A stretch of 64,000 nt of DNA from Eledone cirrhosa (Eukaryota), in contig OZ024742.1 in NCBI GenBank assembly GCA_964016885.1, positions 376,960,001 through 377,024,000 on the forward strand. Reading direction: 5' to 3'. The translations under genes and the position numbers were made by a program. A model generated the notes under the pieces. It had not been told where the DNA came from and ran no database searches. It was given only the letters and a program-made list of their open reading frames with translations. Below, one piece after another: positions 1-15,117 of this stretch (position 1 is its first letter; each line of letters starts with the position of its first letter).

Positions 1-3000
1 GCATCCAACCCTCTACCAATACTGCCAATCCACCACCCATGGCGTCCAACCCTCTACCTATACTGCCAATGCCCCACCCATGGCGTCCAATCCTCTACCT
101 ATACTGCCAATCCAGCACACATGGCGTCCAACCCTCTACCAATACTGTCAATTACCACCCATGGCGTCCAACCCTCTACCAATACTGCCTATCTACCACC
201 CATGGCGTCAAAAACCTCTACTAATACTGCCAATCCACTACCATGGCATCCAACCCTCGACCAATACTGCCAATCTACCATCCATGGCGTCGCACCCTCT
301 ACTAATACTGCCAATCTACCACCCATGGCGTCCAACCCCCTACCAATACTGTCAATCCACCACCCATGGCGTCCAACCCTCTACCAATACTGCGAATCAA
401 CCACCCATGGCGTCCAACCCTCTACCTATACTGCCAATCCACCACCCATGGCATCCAACCCTCTACCAATACTGCGAATCCACCAACCATGGCATCCAAC
501 CCTCTACAAATACTGCCAATCCACCACCCATGGCATCCAACCCTCTACCTATACTGCCAATCTAACATCCATGGCATCCAACCCTCTACCAATACTGCCA
601 ATCCACCACCCATGGCATCCAACCCTCTACCAATACTGCCAATCCAACACCCATGGCATCCAACCCTCTACCAATACTGCCAATCTACCACCCATGGCAT
701 CCAACCCTCTACCAATATTGCCAATCCACCACGCATGGCATCCAACCCTCCACCAATACTGCCAATCCACCACCCATGGCGTCCAACCCTCTACCAATAC
801 TGCCAATCTAGCAGCCATGGCGTCCAACCCTCTACCAATACTGCCAATCCACCACCCATGGCGTCCAAACCTCTACCAATACTGCCAATCCACCACCCAT
901 GGCGTCCAACCCTCTACATATACTGCCAATCCACCACCCCTGGCGTCCGACCCTCTACCGATATTCCCAATCCACCACCCATGGAGTCGAACCCTCTAAC
1001 TATACTGCCAATCCACCACCCATGGCGTCCGACCCTCTTCCTGTACTGCCAATCCACCACCCATGGCGTCCCACCCTCTACCGATACTGCCAATCCAAAA
1101 CCCATGGCGTCCGACCCTCTACCTATACTGGTAATCCACCACCCATGGCGTCCGAACCTTTACCTATAATTCCAATCCACCACACATGGTGTCCAACCCT
1201 CCACCAATACTTCAATCCACCACCCATGGCGTCCAACCCTCTACCGATACTGCCAATCCACCACCCATGGCGTCCGACCCTCTACCAATACTGCCAATCC
1301 ACCACCCATGGCGTCTAACCCTCTATCAATACTGCCAATCCAGCACCCAAGGGATCCCACCCTCTACCAATACTGCCAGTCCATCACCCATGGGGTCGAA
1401 CCCTCTACCAATACTGCCAATCCACCACCCATGGCGTCCAACGCTCTACTAATACTGCCAATCCATCACCCATGGCATCCAACCCTCTACCAATACTGTC
1501 AATTACCACCCATTGAGTCCAACCCTCTACCAATACTGACAATCTACCACCCATGGCGTCGAACCCTCTACTAATACTGCCAATCCACCACCCATGGCGT
1601 CCAACCCTCTACCAATACTGCCAATCCACCACTCATGGCGTCCAACCATCTACCAATACTGTCAATCCACCACCCATGGCGTCCAACCCTCTACCAATAC
1701 TGCGAATCCACCCCCAGGGCGTCCGAACCTCTACCAATACTGCCAATCCACCACCCATGGCATCCAACCCTCTACCAATGCTGCCTATCCACCAGCCAAA
1801 CCATCCAACCCTCTACCGTTACTGCCAATCCACCACCCATAGCGTCCAACCCTCTACCAATACTGCCAATCCACCACCCATGGCATCCAAACCTCTTCCA
1901 ATACTGCCAATCCAACACCCATGGCATCCAACCCTCTACCAATACTGCCAATCCACCACCCATGGCATCCAAACCTCTACCAATACTGCCAATCCACCAC
2001 CCGTGGCATCCAACCCTCTACCAATACTGCCAATCCACCATCCATGGCATCCAACCCTCTACCAATACTGCCAATCCAACACCCATGGCATCCAACCCTC
2101 TACCAATACTGCCAATCTACCACCCATGGCATCCAACCCTCTACCAATACTACCAATCCACCACGCATGGCATCCAACCCTCTACCAATACTGCCAATCC
2201 ATCACCCATGGCATCCAACCCTCTACCAATACTGCCAATCCACCACCCATGGCGTCCCACCCTCTACCTATACTGCCAATCCAAAACCCATGGCGTCTGA
2301 CCCTCTACATCTACTGCTAATCCACCACCCATGGCGTCCGAACCTTTAGCTATAATTCCAATCCACCACCCATGGCGTCCAACCCTCTACTAATACTGCC
2401 AATCCACCACCCATGGCATCCGACCCTCTACCAATACTGCCAATCCACCACCCATGGCGCCCGAGCCTCTACCGATATTCCCAATCCACCACCCATGGGG
2501 TCGAACCCTCTACCTATACTGCCAATCCACCACCCATGGCGTCCCACCCTCTACCTATACTGCCAATCCAAAACCCATGGCGTCCGACCCTCTACCTATA
2601 CTGCTAATCCACCACCCATGGCGTCCGAACCTTAAGCTATAATTCCAATCCACCACACATGGTGTCCAACCCTCTACCAATACTGACAATCCACCACCCA
2701 TGGCGTCCAACCCTCTACCGATACTGCCAATCCACCACCCATGGCGTCCGACCCTCTACCAATAGTGCCAATCCACCACCCATGGCGTCGAACCCTCTAT
2801 CAATACTGCCAATCCAGCACCCAAGGCATACCACCCTCTACCAATACTGCCAATCCACCACCCATGGCGTCCAACCCTCTACCAATACTGCCAATCCACT
2901 ACCCATGGCGTCCAACCCTCTACTAATACTGCCAATCCACCACCCATGGCGCCCGACCCTCTACCGATATTCCCAATCCACCACCCATGGGGTCGAACCC

Positions 3001-6000
3001 TCTACCTATACTGCCAATCCACCACCCATGGCGTCCGACCCTCTCCCTGTACTGCCAATCCACCACCCATGGCGTCCAATCCTCTACCTATACTGCCAAT
3101 CCAGCACACATGGCGTCCAACCCTCTACCAATACTGTCAATTACCACCCATTGCGCCCAACCCTCTACCAATACTGCCAATCTACCACCCATGGCGTCGA
3201 ACCCTCTACCAATACTGCCAATCCACCACCCATGGCGTCCAACCCTCTACCAATACTGCGAATCCACCACCCATGGCGTCCAACCCTCTACCAATACTGC
3301 CAATCCACCACCCATGGAGTCCAACCCTCTACCAATACTGTCAATCCACCACCCATGGCGTCCAACCCTCTACCAATACTGCCAATCCACCACCCATGGC
3401 ATCCAACCCTCTACCAATACTGCGAATCCACCCCCAGGGCGTCCGAACCTCTACCAATACTGCCAATCCACCACCCATGGCATCCAACCCTCTACCAATA
3501 CTGCCTATCCACCAGCCAAACCATCCAACCCTCTACCGTTACTGCCAATCCACCACCCATAGCGTCCAACCCTCTACCAATACTGCCAATCCACCACCCA
3601 TGGCATCCAAACCTCTTCCAATACTGCCAATCCAACACCCATGGCATCCAACCCTCTACCAATACTGCCAATCCACCACCCATGGCATCCAAACCTCTAC
3701 CAATACTGCCAATCCACCACCCATGGCATCCAACCCTCTACCAATACTGCCAATCCACCATACATGGCATCCAACCCTCTACCAATACTGCCAATCCAAC
3801 ACCCATGGCATCCAACCCTCTACCAATACTGCCAATCTACCACCCATGGCATCCAACCCTCTACCAATACTACCAATCCACCACGCATGGCATCCAACCC
3901 TCTACCAATACTGCCAATCCATCACCCATGGCATCCAACCCTCTACCAATACTGCCAATCCACCACCCATGGCGTCCCACCCTCTACCTATACTGCCAAT
4001 CCAAAACCCATGGCGTCCGACCCTCTACATCTACTGCTAATCCACCACCCATGGCGTCCGAACCTTTAGCTATAATTCCAATCCACCACCCATGGCGTCC
4101 AACCCTCTACTAATACTGCCAATCCACCACCCATGGCATCCGACCCTCTACCAATACTGCCAATCCACCACCCATGGCGCCCGAGCCTCTACCGATATTC
4201 CCAATCCACCACCCGTGGGGTCGAACCCTCTACCTATACTGCCAATCCACCACCCATGGCGTCCCACCCTCTACCTATACTGCCAATCCAAAACCCATGG
4301 CGTCCGACCCTCTACCTATACTGCTAATCCACCACCCATGGCGTCCGAACCTTAAGCTATAATTCCAATCCACCACACATGGTGTCCAACCCTCTACCAA
4401 TACTGACAATCCACCACCCATGGCGTCCAACCCTCTACCGATACTGCCAATCCACCACCCATGGCGTCCGACCCTCTACCAATACTGCCAATCCACCACC
4501 CATGGCATCGAACCCTCTATCAATACTGCCAATCCAGCACCCAAGGCATCCCACCCTCTACCAATACTGCCAATCCACCACCCATGGCGTCCAACCCTCT
4601 ACCAATACTGCCAATCCACTACCCATGGCGTCCAACCCTCTACTAATACTGCCAATCCACCACCCATGGCGCCCGACCCTCTACCGATATTCCCAATCCA
4701 CCACCCATGGGGTCGAACCCTCTACCTATACTGCCAATCCACCACCCATGGCGTCCGACCCTCTCCCTGTACTGCCAATCCACCACCCTTGGCGTCCAAT
4801 CCTCTACCTATACTGCCAATCCAGCACACATGGCGTCCAACCCTCTACCAATACTGTCAATTACCACCCATTGCGTCCAACCCTCTACCAATACTGCGAA
4901 TCTACCACCCATGGCGTCGAACCCTCTACCAATACTGCCAATCCACCACCCATGGCGTCCAACCTTCTACCAATACTGCGAATCCACCACCCATGGCGTC
5001 CAACCCTCTACCAATACTGCCAATCCACCACCCATGGAGTCCAACCATCTACCAATACTGTCAATCCACCACCCATGGCGTCCAACCCTCTACCAATACT
5101 GCCAATCCACCACCCATGGCATCCAACCCTCTACCAATACTGCCAATCCAGCACACATGGCGTCCAACCCTCTACCAATACTGTCAATTACCACCCATGG
5201 CGTCCAACCCTCTACTAATACTGCCAATCCACTACCATGGCATCCAACCCTCGACCAATACTGCCAATCTACCACCCATGGCGTCCAACCCCCTACCAAT
5301 ACTGTCAATCCACCACCCATGGAGTCCAACCCTCTACCAATACTGCGAATCCACCACCCATGGCGTCCAACCCTCTACCAATACTGTCAATCCACCACCC
5401 ATGGCGTCCAACCCTCTACACATACTGCCAATCCACCACCCATGGCATCCAACCCTCTACACATACTGCCAATCTACCAACCATGGCATCCAACCCTCTA
5501 CCAATACGGCCAATCCACCACCCATGGCGTCCAACCCTCTACCAATTCTGGCAATCCACTACCCATGTCATCCAACCCTCTACCAATACTGCCAATCCAC
5601 CACCCATATCGTCCAACCCTCTACCAATACTGCCAATCCACCACCTATGGCGTCCAACCCTCTACCAATACTGCCAATCCACCACCCATGGCGTCCCACC
5701 CTCTACCTATACTGCCAATCCACCACCCATGGCGTCCAACCCTCTACCAATACTGCCAATCCACCACCCATGGAGTCCAACCCTCTACCAATACTGTCAA
5801 TCCACCACCCATGGCGTCCAACCCTCTACCAATACTGCCAATCCACCACCCATGGCATCCAACCCTCTACCAATACTGCCAATCCAGCACACATGGCGTC
5901 CAACCCTCTACCAATACTGTCAATTACCACCCATGGCGTCCAACCCTCTACTAATACTGCCAATCCACTACCATGGCATCCAACCCTCGACCAATACTGC

Positions 6001-7694
6001 CAATGTACCATCCATGGCGTCCAACCCTCTACCAATACTGTCAATCCACCACCCATGGAGTCCAACCCTCTACCAATACTGCCAATCCACCACCCATGGC
6101 GTCCAACCCTCTACCAATACTGTCAATCAACCACCCATGGCGTCCAACCCTCTACACATACTGCCAATCCACCACCCATGGCATCCAACCCTCTACACAT
6201 ACTGCCAATCTACCAACCATGGCATCCAACCCTCTACCAATACGGCCAATCCACCACCCATGGCGTCCAACATTCTACCAATTCTGCCAATCCACTACCC
6301 ATGGCGTCCAACCCTCTACCAATACTGCCAATCCACCACCCATATAGTCCAACCCTCTACCAATACTGCCAATCCACCACCTATGGCGTCCAACCCTCTA
6401 CCAATACTGCCAATCCACCAGCCATATCGTCCAACCCTCTACCAATACTGCCAATCCACCACCTATGGCGTCCAACCCTCTACCAATACTGCCAATCCAC
6501 CACCCATATAGTCCAACCCTCTACCAATACTGACAATCCAGCACACATGGCGTCCAACCCTCTACCAATACTGCCAATCCACCACCCATATCGTCCAACC
6601 CTCTACCAATACTGCCAATCCACCACCTATGGCGTCCAACCCTCTATCAATACTGCCAATCCACCACCCATGGCGTCCAACCCTCTACCTATACTGCCAA
6701 TCCACCACCCATGGCGTCCAACCCTCTACCAATACTGCCAATCCACCACCCATGGGGTCCAACCCTCTACCAATACTCCCAATCCAGCACCCATGTCGTC
6801 CAACCCTCTACCAATACTGCCAATCTACCAACCATGGCATCCAACCCTCTACCAATACGGCCAATTCACCACCCATGGCGTCCAACCCTCTACCAATTCT
6901 GCCAATCCACGACCCATATCGTCCAACCCTCTACCAATACTGCCAATCCACCACCTATGGCGTCCAACCCTCTATCAATACTGCCAATCCAACACCCATG
7001 TCATCCAACCCTCTACCAATACTGCCAATCCACCACCCATATCGTCCAACCCTCTACCAATACTGACAATCCAGCACCCATGGCGTCCAACCCTCTACCA
7101 ATACTGCCAATCCACCACCCATATCGTCCAACCCTCTACCAATACTGCCAATCCACCACCCATGGCCTCCAACCCTCTACCAATACTGCCAATCCACCAC
7201 CCATATCGTCCAACCCTCTACCAATACTGCCAATCCAGAACCCATGGCGTCCAACGCTCTACCAATACTGCCAATCCACCACCCATGGCGTCCAACCCTC
7301 TACCAATACTGCCAATCCAGCACCCATGTCGTCCAACCCTCTACCAATACTGCCAATCTACCAACCATGGCATCCAACCCTCTACCAATACTGCCAATCC
7401 ACCACCCATGGCGTCCAACCCTCTACCAATACTGCCAATCCAGCACCCATGTCGTCCAACCCTCTACCAATACTGGCAATCCACCACCCATGGCATCCAA
7501 CCCTCTACCAATACTGCCAATCTACCAACCATGGCATCCAACCCTCTACCAATACTGGCAATCCAGCACCCATGTCGTCCAACCCTCTACCAATACTGCC
7601 AATCCACCACCCATGGCATCCAACCCTCTACAAATTCTGCCAATCCACCACCCATGTCGTCCAACCCTCTATCAATACTGCCAATCCACCACCC
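1..7694. repeat. 41-bp tandem satellite (~188 units, CCATGGCGTCCAACCCTCTACCAATACTGCCAATCCACCAC), derived from a SINE head; runs off the window start
   Basis: Direct periodicity. Higher-order duplications at offsets 1720 bp (ORFs 1772/3492, 2372/4092, 2659/4379) and 736 bp (5090/5826). The unit matches the SINE 5' end at 10441-10480 and 14721-14760. Confidence 0.97.
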
Positions 7695-7885
7695 GATGAC
7701 AGAATATATTGCCGTATCATTGATGTTATGTGACGTTAAAAGTATAGTAAGGGACGGTTCATGCCTGGCGGGGGTTGTAGATGGTAAGGGGTGGGGTGAC
7801 ACTGTTCTGATACATGGCGTGTCTTGAACATATGGAACCTGGTTAGAGCCCATCACTCCAGGTTGGAACACAGCTGATTTCTTAC

Positions 7886-7932
7886 AGAGAGGGGGATGAA
7901 GAGAGAGAGAGAGACAAGAGAGAGAGAGAGAA

Positions 7933-7973
<41 letters not shown>

Positions 7974-8155
7974 AAGAGAGAGATGGAGAGAGGAGGGAGA
8001 GAGAAATAGAGAAGAGAGATAGAGAGAGGAGAGAGATAGGGAGAGGGAGAGAGAGAGACAAATAAAAAAGAGAGTGAGGGAGAGGGAGAGAAAGAAAGAA
8101 AGAAGAGAGAGAGAAAGAAAGAGAGAGAAAGAGAAAGAAGGAAAGCGAGAGAGAA
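7886..8155. repeat. (GA)n-rich microsatellite
   Basis: Direct. Confidence 0.9.
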
Positions 8156-8200
8156 CAAACCCCAGTACTGGACTGACACTGTATTTATATATTATTTTAT

Positions 8201-8368
8201 TAGAGGGTCGGCGCCATGCTTTCCAGCATAGTTACGTCCCTTTACAATCTGAGTTCAAATCCCGCCGAGGTTAACTTTGCCTTTCATCCTTACGGGGTCG
8301 ATAAACTAAAGTACCAGTAATGCACTGGAGTAATTGCTGGCCTTGTGCCTAAAGTAGAAACAATTATT
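8201..8368 (+). mobile_element. tRNA-derived SINE family 1, 5'-truncated
   Basis: B-box GAGTTCAAATCC, central GCCTTTCATCCTTACGGGGTCGATAAA (Meta-domain-like, from recall), ATT tail; ATTATTTTATT on both sides. Confidence 0.9.
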
Positions 8369-9039
8369 TTATTTGTTTTGTGCAAAATGTTTATTTGGGT
8401 AAACATAGAGAAACATAGATCAGTATTGGAAAGGACTGTAAATGTCATACACGAGGAGAAAAGGAGGGGAAGAGCAAGGACTTAACCTCATAAATATGAA
8501 AGGCAAAGTTGACCTCGGGGGGATTTGAAATCAGAGTGTAATGAACCAGAACAATGTCGAATCCAGCGCCCCTAACGAGCCAGGAAAGGCTTTAGATTAT
8601 ATTGCATATTCAGAGTTCAAAACAGAATCTTTGGAAGTCCGCTACAGTATGTTCCATTCCCAAGAAAGTCAACACCACAAACTGCTACCCCATCACTTTA
8701 AACCTTACACCATTGAGACAATGCTAAACAACTCTCTCTCTCTCTCCCCATTCCCCCTCTCTCCCTCTCTCTCTTCAACCACCTTGAACCTATCTCATTT
8801 CTTTGTGACAAACAAGGCCAGATTATCCATTAAGTAAAATAAACACACGTTAGGGCATTAAGGGAAAAGGGGATAATTTGGCTTTTAGTTTCCTATTTAC
8901 GATGTCCTTATTGAGAATGAGGTGGATTGGCTATTGGAACAGCCACCCGTTCCCTATTAAATATGCAATTACCTCCAGATGTTTCCCGCTGTGCAATTCT
9001 TTAAGTATTTGTTTGATGAATCACAATTAACGATAATTT

Positions 9040-9215
9040 GAGTGGACGTAACTTGGCTGAGAGATTTAGAATTTCGCTTCGTAATTACAAAGCCTAGGAT
9101 TCGATCCCATTGCGTGGTATCTTGGGAAAGTCTCTTTACTATAACTTTGGGGCGACACAAGCTTTGCAAGTGAAGTTGGGTAGCCGGAGATTGCGTGGAA
9201 AGACGTCGGATGGAT
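9040..9215 (+). mobile_element. degenerate CORE-type SINE
   Basis: B-box-like GATTCGATCCC followed by CORE-like ATCTTGGGAAAGTCTCTT. Confidence 0.5.
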
Positions 9216-9454
9216 GGATTGTACCTGTAATCCCAAAATTCAGCTTTGTCACATATTTTGTCACAAACAACGGGAACACTCATCGTCAAAACAGGCGGGG
9301 GTCCATCACAGGAGAGGAAAATACTAGAAAACTGTTTAAAAACCTCAAGGCGTACAAAGTAGATATCGTAGAAACTATTCATCTTAACACACACAATGAA
9401 TGTTGCGGTCAATATATGACACAAGCAAAAAACTAGGCAACTTTCAACAGCAAT

Positions 9455-9672
9455 AATCACACAAACACACAACTACTCAAACACTCAATCACAGAATTAC
9501 AGAATCACACAAACACTCAATCATTGAATTACACAAACACTCAATCACAGAATCACAGAATCACAGAATCACACAGACACTCAATCATTGAATTACACAA
9601 ACACTCAATCACAGAATCACAGAATCACAGAATCACACAAACACTCAATCTCAGAATCACAGAATGACAGAA
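9455..9672. repeat. short tandem repeat (CACAGAAT / CACACAAACACTCAAT)
   Basis: Direct. Confidence 0.85.
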
Positions 9673-10290
9673 CGGCCAGAAATACGATGAGTATTACATA
9701 TTTCACAAAACATCAATTTACACCCAACAATCTTTGACATTAAAGCCGGCAGAAATATTTTGAAGATTTTATCTTGCTTAAGTTAAAATGGCGCGTTGGC
9801 TCCCGTTTACTTATAATAGTGTGAGAGAGGGAGATAGGGAGAGAGAGAGTGTGAGAGAGAGTGGGAGAGAGAGTGGGAGAGAGAGAGAGGGAGAGAGAAC
9901 TAGGGAGAGAGAGAGAGTGTGTGAGAGGGAGAGAAGGGAGAGAGAGAGAGTGTGTGAGAGTGAGAGGGAGAGAGAGAGATGGAGAGATAGAGCTAGAGAG
10001 AGAGAGTGTGTGAGAGTGAGAGTGAGAGGCGGAGGCAGCTCATTTAATCAGTTCATTTCATCATACAGCACACACACATACACAGACAGATACATAGACA
10101 CATACACATATACACAGACACCACCTATATAGGTGGGGGTGGTGGTGGGGCTAAGGTTCCATATGTTCCAGAAATCATTGTCCTCCATCGACGATATTGT
10201 CTGTCTCTCTCTCTCTCTCTCTCTCTACATGTATATCCTGGAACTATCTGTTGAAACGGCAACAGCTCAGCCGTCGGCTCCTGACTCTTT

Positions 10291-10480
10291 ATAATTGTTT
10301 CTACTTTTGGCACAAGGCCAGCAATTACTCAGTGTATTACTGGTACTTTATTTTATCGACCCCGTAAGGATGAAAGACATAGTTGACCTCAGCGGGATTT
10401 GAACTCAGAATGGAAAGGGCCGTAACTCTATACGTCAAAGCATGGCGTCCGACTCTCTACCGATACTGCCAATCCACCGC
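10291..10480 (-). mobile_element. SINE family 1, full length
   Basis: Reverse complement has A-box TGGCAGTATCGG, B-box, central domain and tail; near-identical to other copies. Confidence 0.93.
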
Positions 10481-10547
10481 AGTCATACTCTACCACCTCA
10501 AGTATCGAGTACTCTGTTGTTCTAACTAGTTCTAAACTGATTCTATC

Positions 10548-11488
<941 letters not shown>

Positions 11489-12462
11489 AGACTACTGTCA
11501 TGTGGAATAACCTATGGTTTATGCTTTAAATATATTCTTAAGATAAATTTAAAAAAAATTTTTAAACTTTATAGCAAGTAAATTGACTTAGTATAAAATA
11601 ACATAAGGTTCATGTTTTAATTATATTCTTAAGATACACATTTTAAAACTTTTTAATCTTATAACATCTAATCCTTGGAGTCATCTGAGATCTTAAAAAA
11701 TCACTTCTAACTTCCTTTACACTTCCTTATGGTTTTTATAATATAATTAAGTGGTTATTCCTTTGTAATCTCTCGTAAATATTTCATAAATTTAGAATTA
11801 TTTGGATGTTTAAATTTTGACTTACAACTTTTAATAAAATAAACTATACTAGATTTTCTCTAATGTAAAATACTATATATTTATTTAAATAATTTATAAT
11901 CCTTAACATACACATTTAAACTAATTATTAATATTAAATTATTAAATTAAATCTTTAATATTAAGGCAAATGTTAATCTTTAATTTTGATTTCTAATTTT
12001 TAATCTTAATCTAATTTTTCAATCTATCATTATAAGTATCTTTTCAAAACATAATGAACCCTGCATTATAAATATTATTCTTCCACGTTAATATTATCTC
12101 TTCTTTCACTTAGATATACTTACGCTGTGTATATTTATCCTTTGAAATTTATTTCTTCATGCACTCTATCTTCCCTATCAATATATATAATCGTTTTTTC
12201 TTTCCTCTTCTATCTTTCTGCTTCCTTTTTCTTTTTTTCTTTCTTTTTCTTTTTTTCTCTCTCCCTTACATATCATCTTCTTCCAACAGTTTAATTTAAA
12301 TAAACCGTTATCTTTTCAACCTTTCGGACACTCATTTGCATACTCACTCATAACTTTATATTACCCTCAATAAATGTACAATCTCCACTATCCAGGAAGC
12401 TCCAACCGTTAAGGTTGTCTTTTTTTCCGGGTATGTCAATATTTATTTATAAACCAAATCTG

Positions 12463-12528
12463 TATTTTATCTGATGAAAGCGCACCATAATTTACCTTGG
12501 TTGCCCTTGAAATATGTATAATAAAATA
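12463..12528 (+). ncRNA. type-I hammerhead ribozyme motif
   Basis: TATTTTAT-CTGATGA-AAGCGCACC..GGTTGCCCTT-GAAA-TATGTA-TA-ATAAAATA: 8-bp stem I, intact core, AATAAA downstream. Confidence 0.85.
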
Positions 12529-12660
12529 AATATGGTTTTATAAATATAGTTTCCATTTATTAATATATTGTGTATTTACTCCACTAAATTGTTGAGTGCT
12601 TTATATCAGTTATAAAAGTTTTAAGCTTGTTGAATCCCAACAAATTAAATACAACCTCTC

Positions 12661-12755
<95 letters not shown>

Positions 12756-13049
12756 ATATGTATCATAAAGCCAAAACAATGCAGGTATGGACATAGAATA
12801 AAGAATGCAATGCAAAAGATATTGTTGACAATTAGTCTTTTACTTTAGATTTATTTAAATGTCCTTAATTTTCGAGATATTATCTCTTCTTCGGGGGGAA
12901 GTAAAGCGGTTAAACCAGTGTTCTAAATAGCTATTTAGAACACTGGCTTCATTATACATATACAAACGTTTATACCTCATTACACAATGCTTCAAGTGAA
13001 CTATAACCTCCTCCTTATATATATATACATTTTCGCTTTACATGGCTGA

Positions 13050-13380
13050 ATACAATAATTGTATTCTGAGTTTTTCGAATATTAATAATAATATTCGATT
13101 CGTTTGCATTTATGTAAACAACCTCATTTTTAAAGCCATGTCAGTAGAATGATCCCTTAATTCTTGTTCTTGTGTTGGCATGTAAACAGAGCTGCAGATA
13201 CTAATGTTTCTGGGTATTACCCTTTATCAGTACAGTTCACTGTTTGCCTGCTAACTGTCAGAGCTAGTGAAAATACATGATATTTTCTAAAATATACAGC
13301 GACTGATCAGCCAGATTTGCATATCAGCAGACTGGCCAGTCGGTTTTCTGTATACGAGCAATTAATGGCCGGCTTTGCCA
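13050..13380 (-). mobile_element. short hammerhead-bearing element, sister of 39395-39715; core decayed to CTGATAA
   Basis: Reverse complement aligns with 39395-39715. Confidence 0.8.
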
Positions 13381-14004
13381 TATTTAAATATATATATATA
13401 TATATATATTAAAATAATTTATTAAAATATTTATTAAAATATTTGCTCTACGGTTCTTATATATCTGATATATATTTATCCTTATCGAGCCCTCTTTGGA
13501 TTTTAGTCTTCAAATTTATTATTATTACTATATATATATATATATATATATATGTAAATATCTTTAAGTCGTTTGGAAGCCTCGACAATGCAAATGGGTA
13601 AATCTCTGGGTAACAAGGTCCGGTGGTGGAGAGAGAGATGTAAGTGGGTGTACGTTGAGATGCGTGGTGTGTATAAGATGTGTGAGATGTGTAGAATGAA
13701 GGGAAGAGTATAAAGGATAAAATAAAAATAACAACACAAGAGAGAGTTACCTTGGGATAGATTTAATAGTCCCTATATGTTTCGGATTCACATCCATCAA
13801 CTGGGGTTTTTTTCCGGGGTGGGGGAAAAGGTTGTCTGTCGGACAAGTGCGGAACGCGTCCTTCGCTGTTTGTTGTTTTGAATATCTGAGGTATTCGGCA
13901 GAGCGCGCGTGCGCGTGAAATGGGGTCGGTCGTACAGAGGTCAGCGGCCGAATGAGGGAGTGGGATGGCGCTAGCTGTCAGTCCATTCTCTGCCTGTTTG
14001 TTAA

Positions 14005-14204
14005 NNNNNNNNNNNNNNNNNNNNNNNNNNNNNNNNNNNNNNNNNNNNNNNNNNNNNNNNNNNNNNNNNNNNNNNNNNNNNNNNNNNNNNNNNNNNNNNN
14101 NNNNNNNNNNNNNNNNNNNNNNNNNNNNNNNNNNNNNNNNNNNNNNNNNNNNNNNNNNNNNNNNNNNNNNNNNNNNNNNNNNNNNNNNNNNNNNNNNNNN
14201 NNNN
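14005..14204. other. assembly gap (200 N)
   Basis: Direct. Confidence 1.
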
Positions 14205-14564
14205 GTTTTCCTTCTCCTAGAATTCTACCTTGACAAAGGCTAGGGGTCATCTCTCCCGGTGATTTTGGATGGCCATTGACTCTTAAGAGCTCCTTTGCCC
14301 TTTAACAGGTTTTGTTTTTAGTCCTGAAGGATGTCCAAAGTCACCCTCCTCACCAAGAAACCTTCGTGGGGTTGCCAGTTTAGTCGCCAACGACCCGACC
14401 ATGAGACAGGTTGTACTGGGATACATGTTACCAGTAGCATCAATTGGTGACCTATATATATATATATACACATCACCTTCACCACTAATTGATTTGACAG
14501 ATGTCTTTAACCCATTGATTCCAAATATTATTTGGTCAGTAGTTCGTGTGTAAATATATATATA

Positions 14565-14760
14565 TAATAATAATAATTGTTTCTACTTTTGGCACAAGGC
14601 CAGCAATTACCCAGTACATTACTGGTACTTTATTTTATCGACCCCGTAAGGATGAAAGGCAAAGTTAACCTCGGCGGGATTTGAACTCAGACCGTAAAGG
14701 GACGTAACTATGCTGGAAAGCATGGCGTCCGACTCTCTACTGATACTGCCAATCCACCGC
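14565..14760 (-). mobile_element. SINE family 1, full length
   Basis: A-box, B-box, central domain, (ATT)n tail. Confidence 0.93.
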
Positions 14761-14811
14761 TCTTTATATAATAATAATAATAAAATGTGGAGAGGAAGCA
14801 CACGAGTTAGG

Positions 14812-14846
<35 letters not shown>

Positions 14847-15045
14847 TATGACAAATAAGTATGTTTTGAAACAGTGAGCGAGTTTGAAATTAGAAATAGA
14901 ATAGCTTTCACCGTATTTTTGTATTTTTGACTAAAGAAAATTTAGCCTGATAATGGGGTCTAGAACCCTCAGATAAATGGAAAAAGATGAGTATTGATGT
15001 ACATTACGTGTATATATATATATATATATATATATCCAGGGGGTG

Positions 15046-15110
<65 letters not shown>

Positions 15111-15117
<7 letters not shown>

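Noticed and set aside
1-7694. CRISPR-like array
   Set aside because: No unique spacers, no cas genes, eukaryotic context.
39-7827. Long Pro/His-rich ORFs (MASNPLPILPIHHPW..., up to 1135 aa)
   Set aside because: A 41-bp stop-free unit cycles through all three frames; open in every frame, so a satellite artefact.
14205-14250. Motif shared in inverse with 51143-51185 (CTAGGAGAAGGAAAAC), reminiscent of RTE 5' UTRs
   Set aside because: Too short and next to the gap; cannot be classified.
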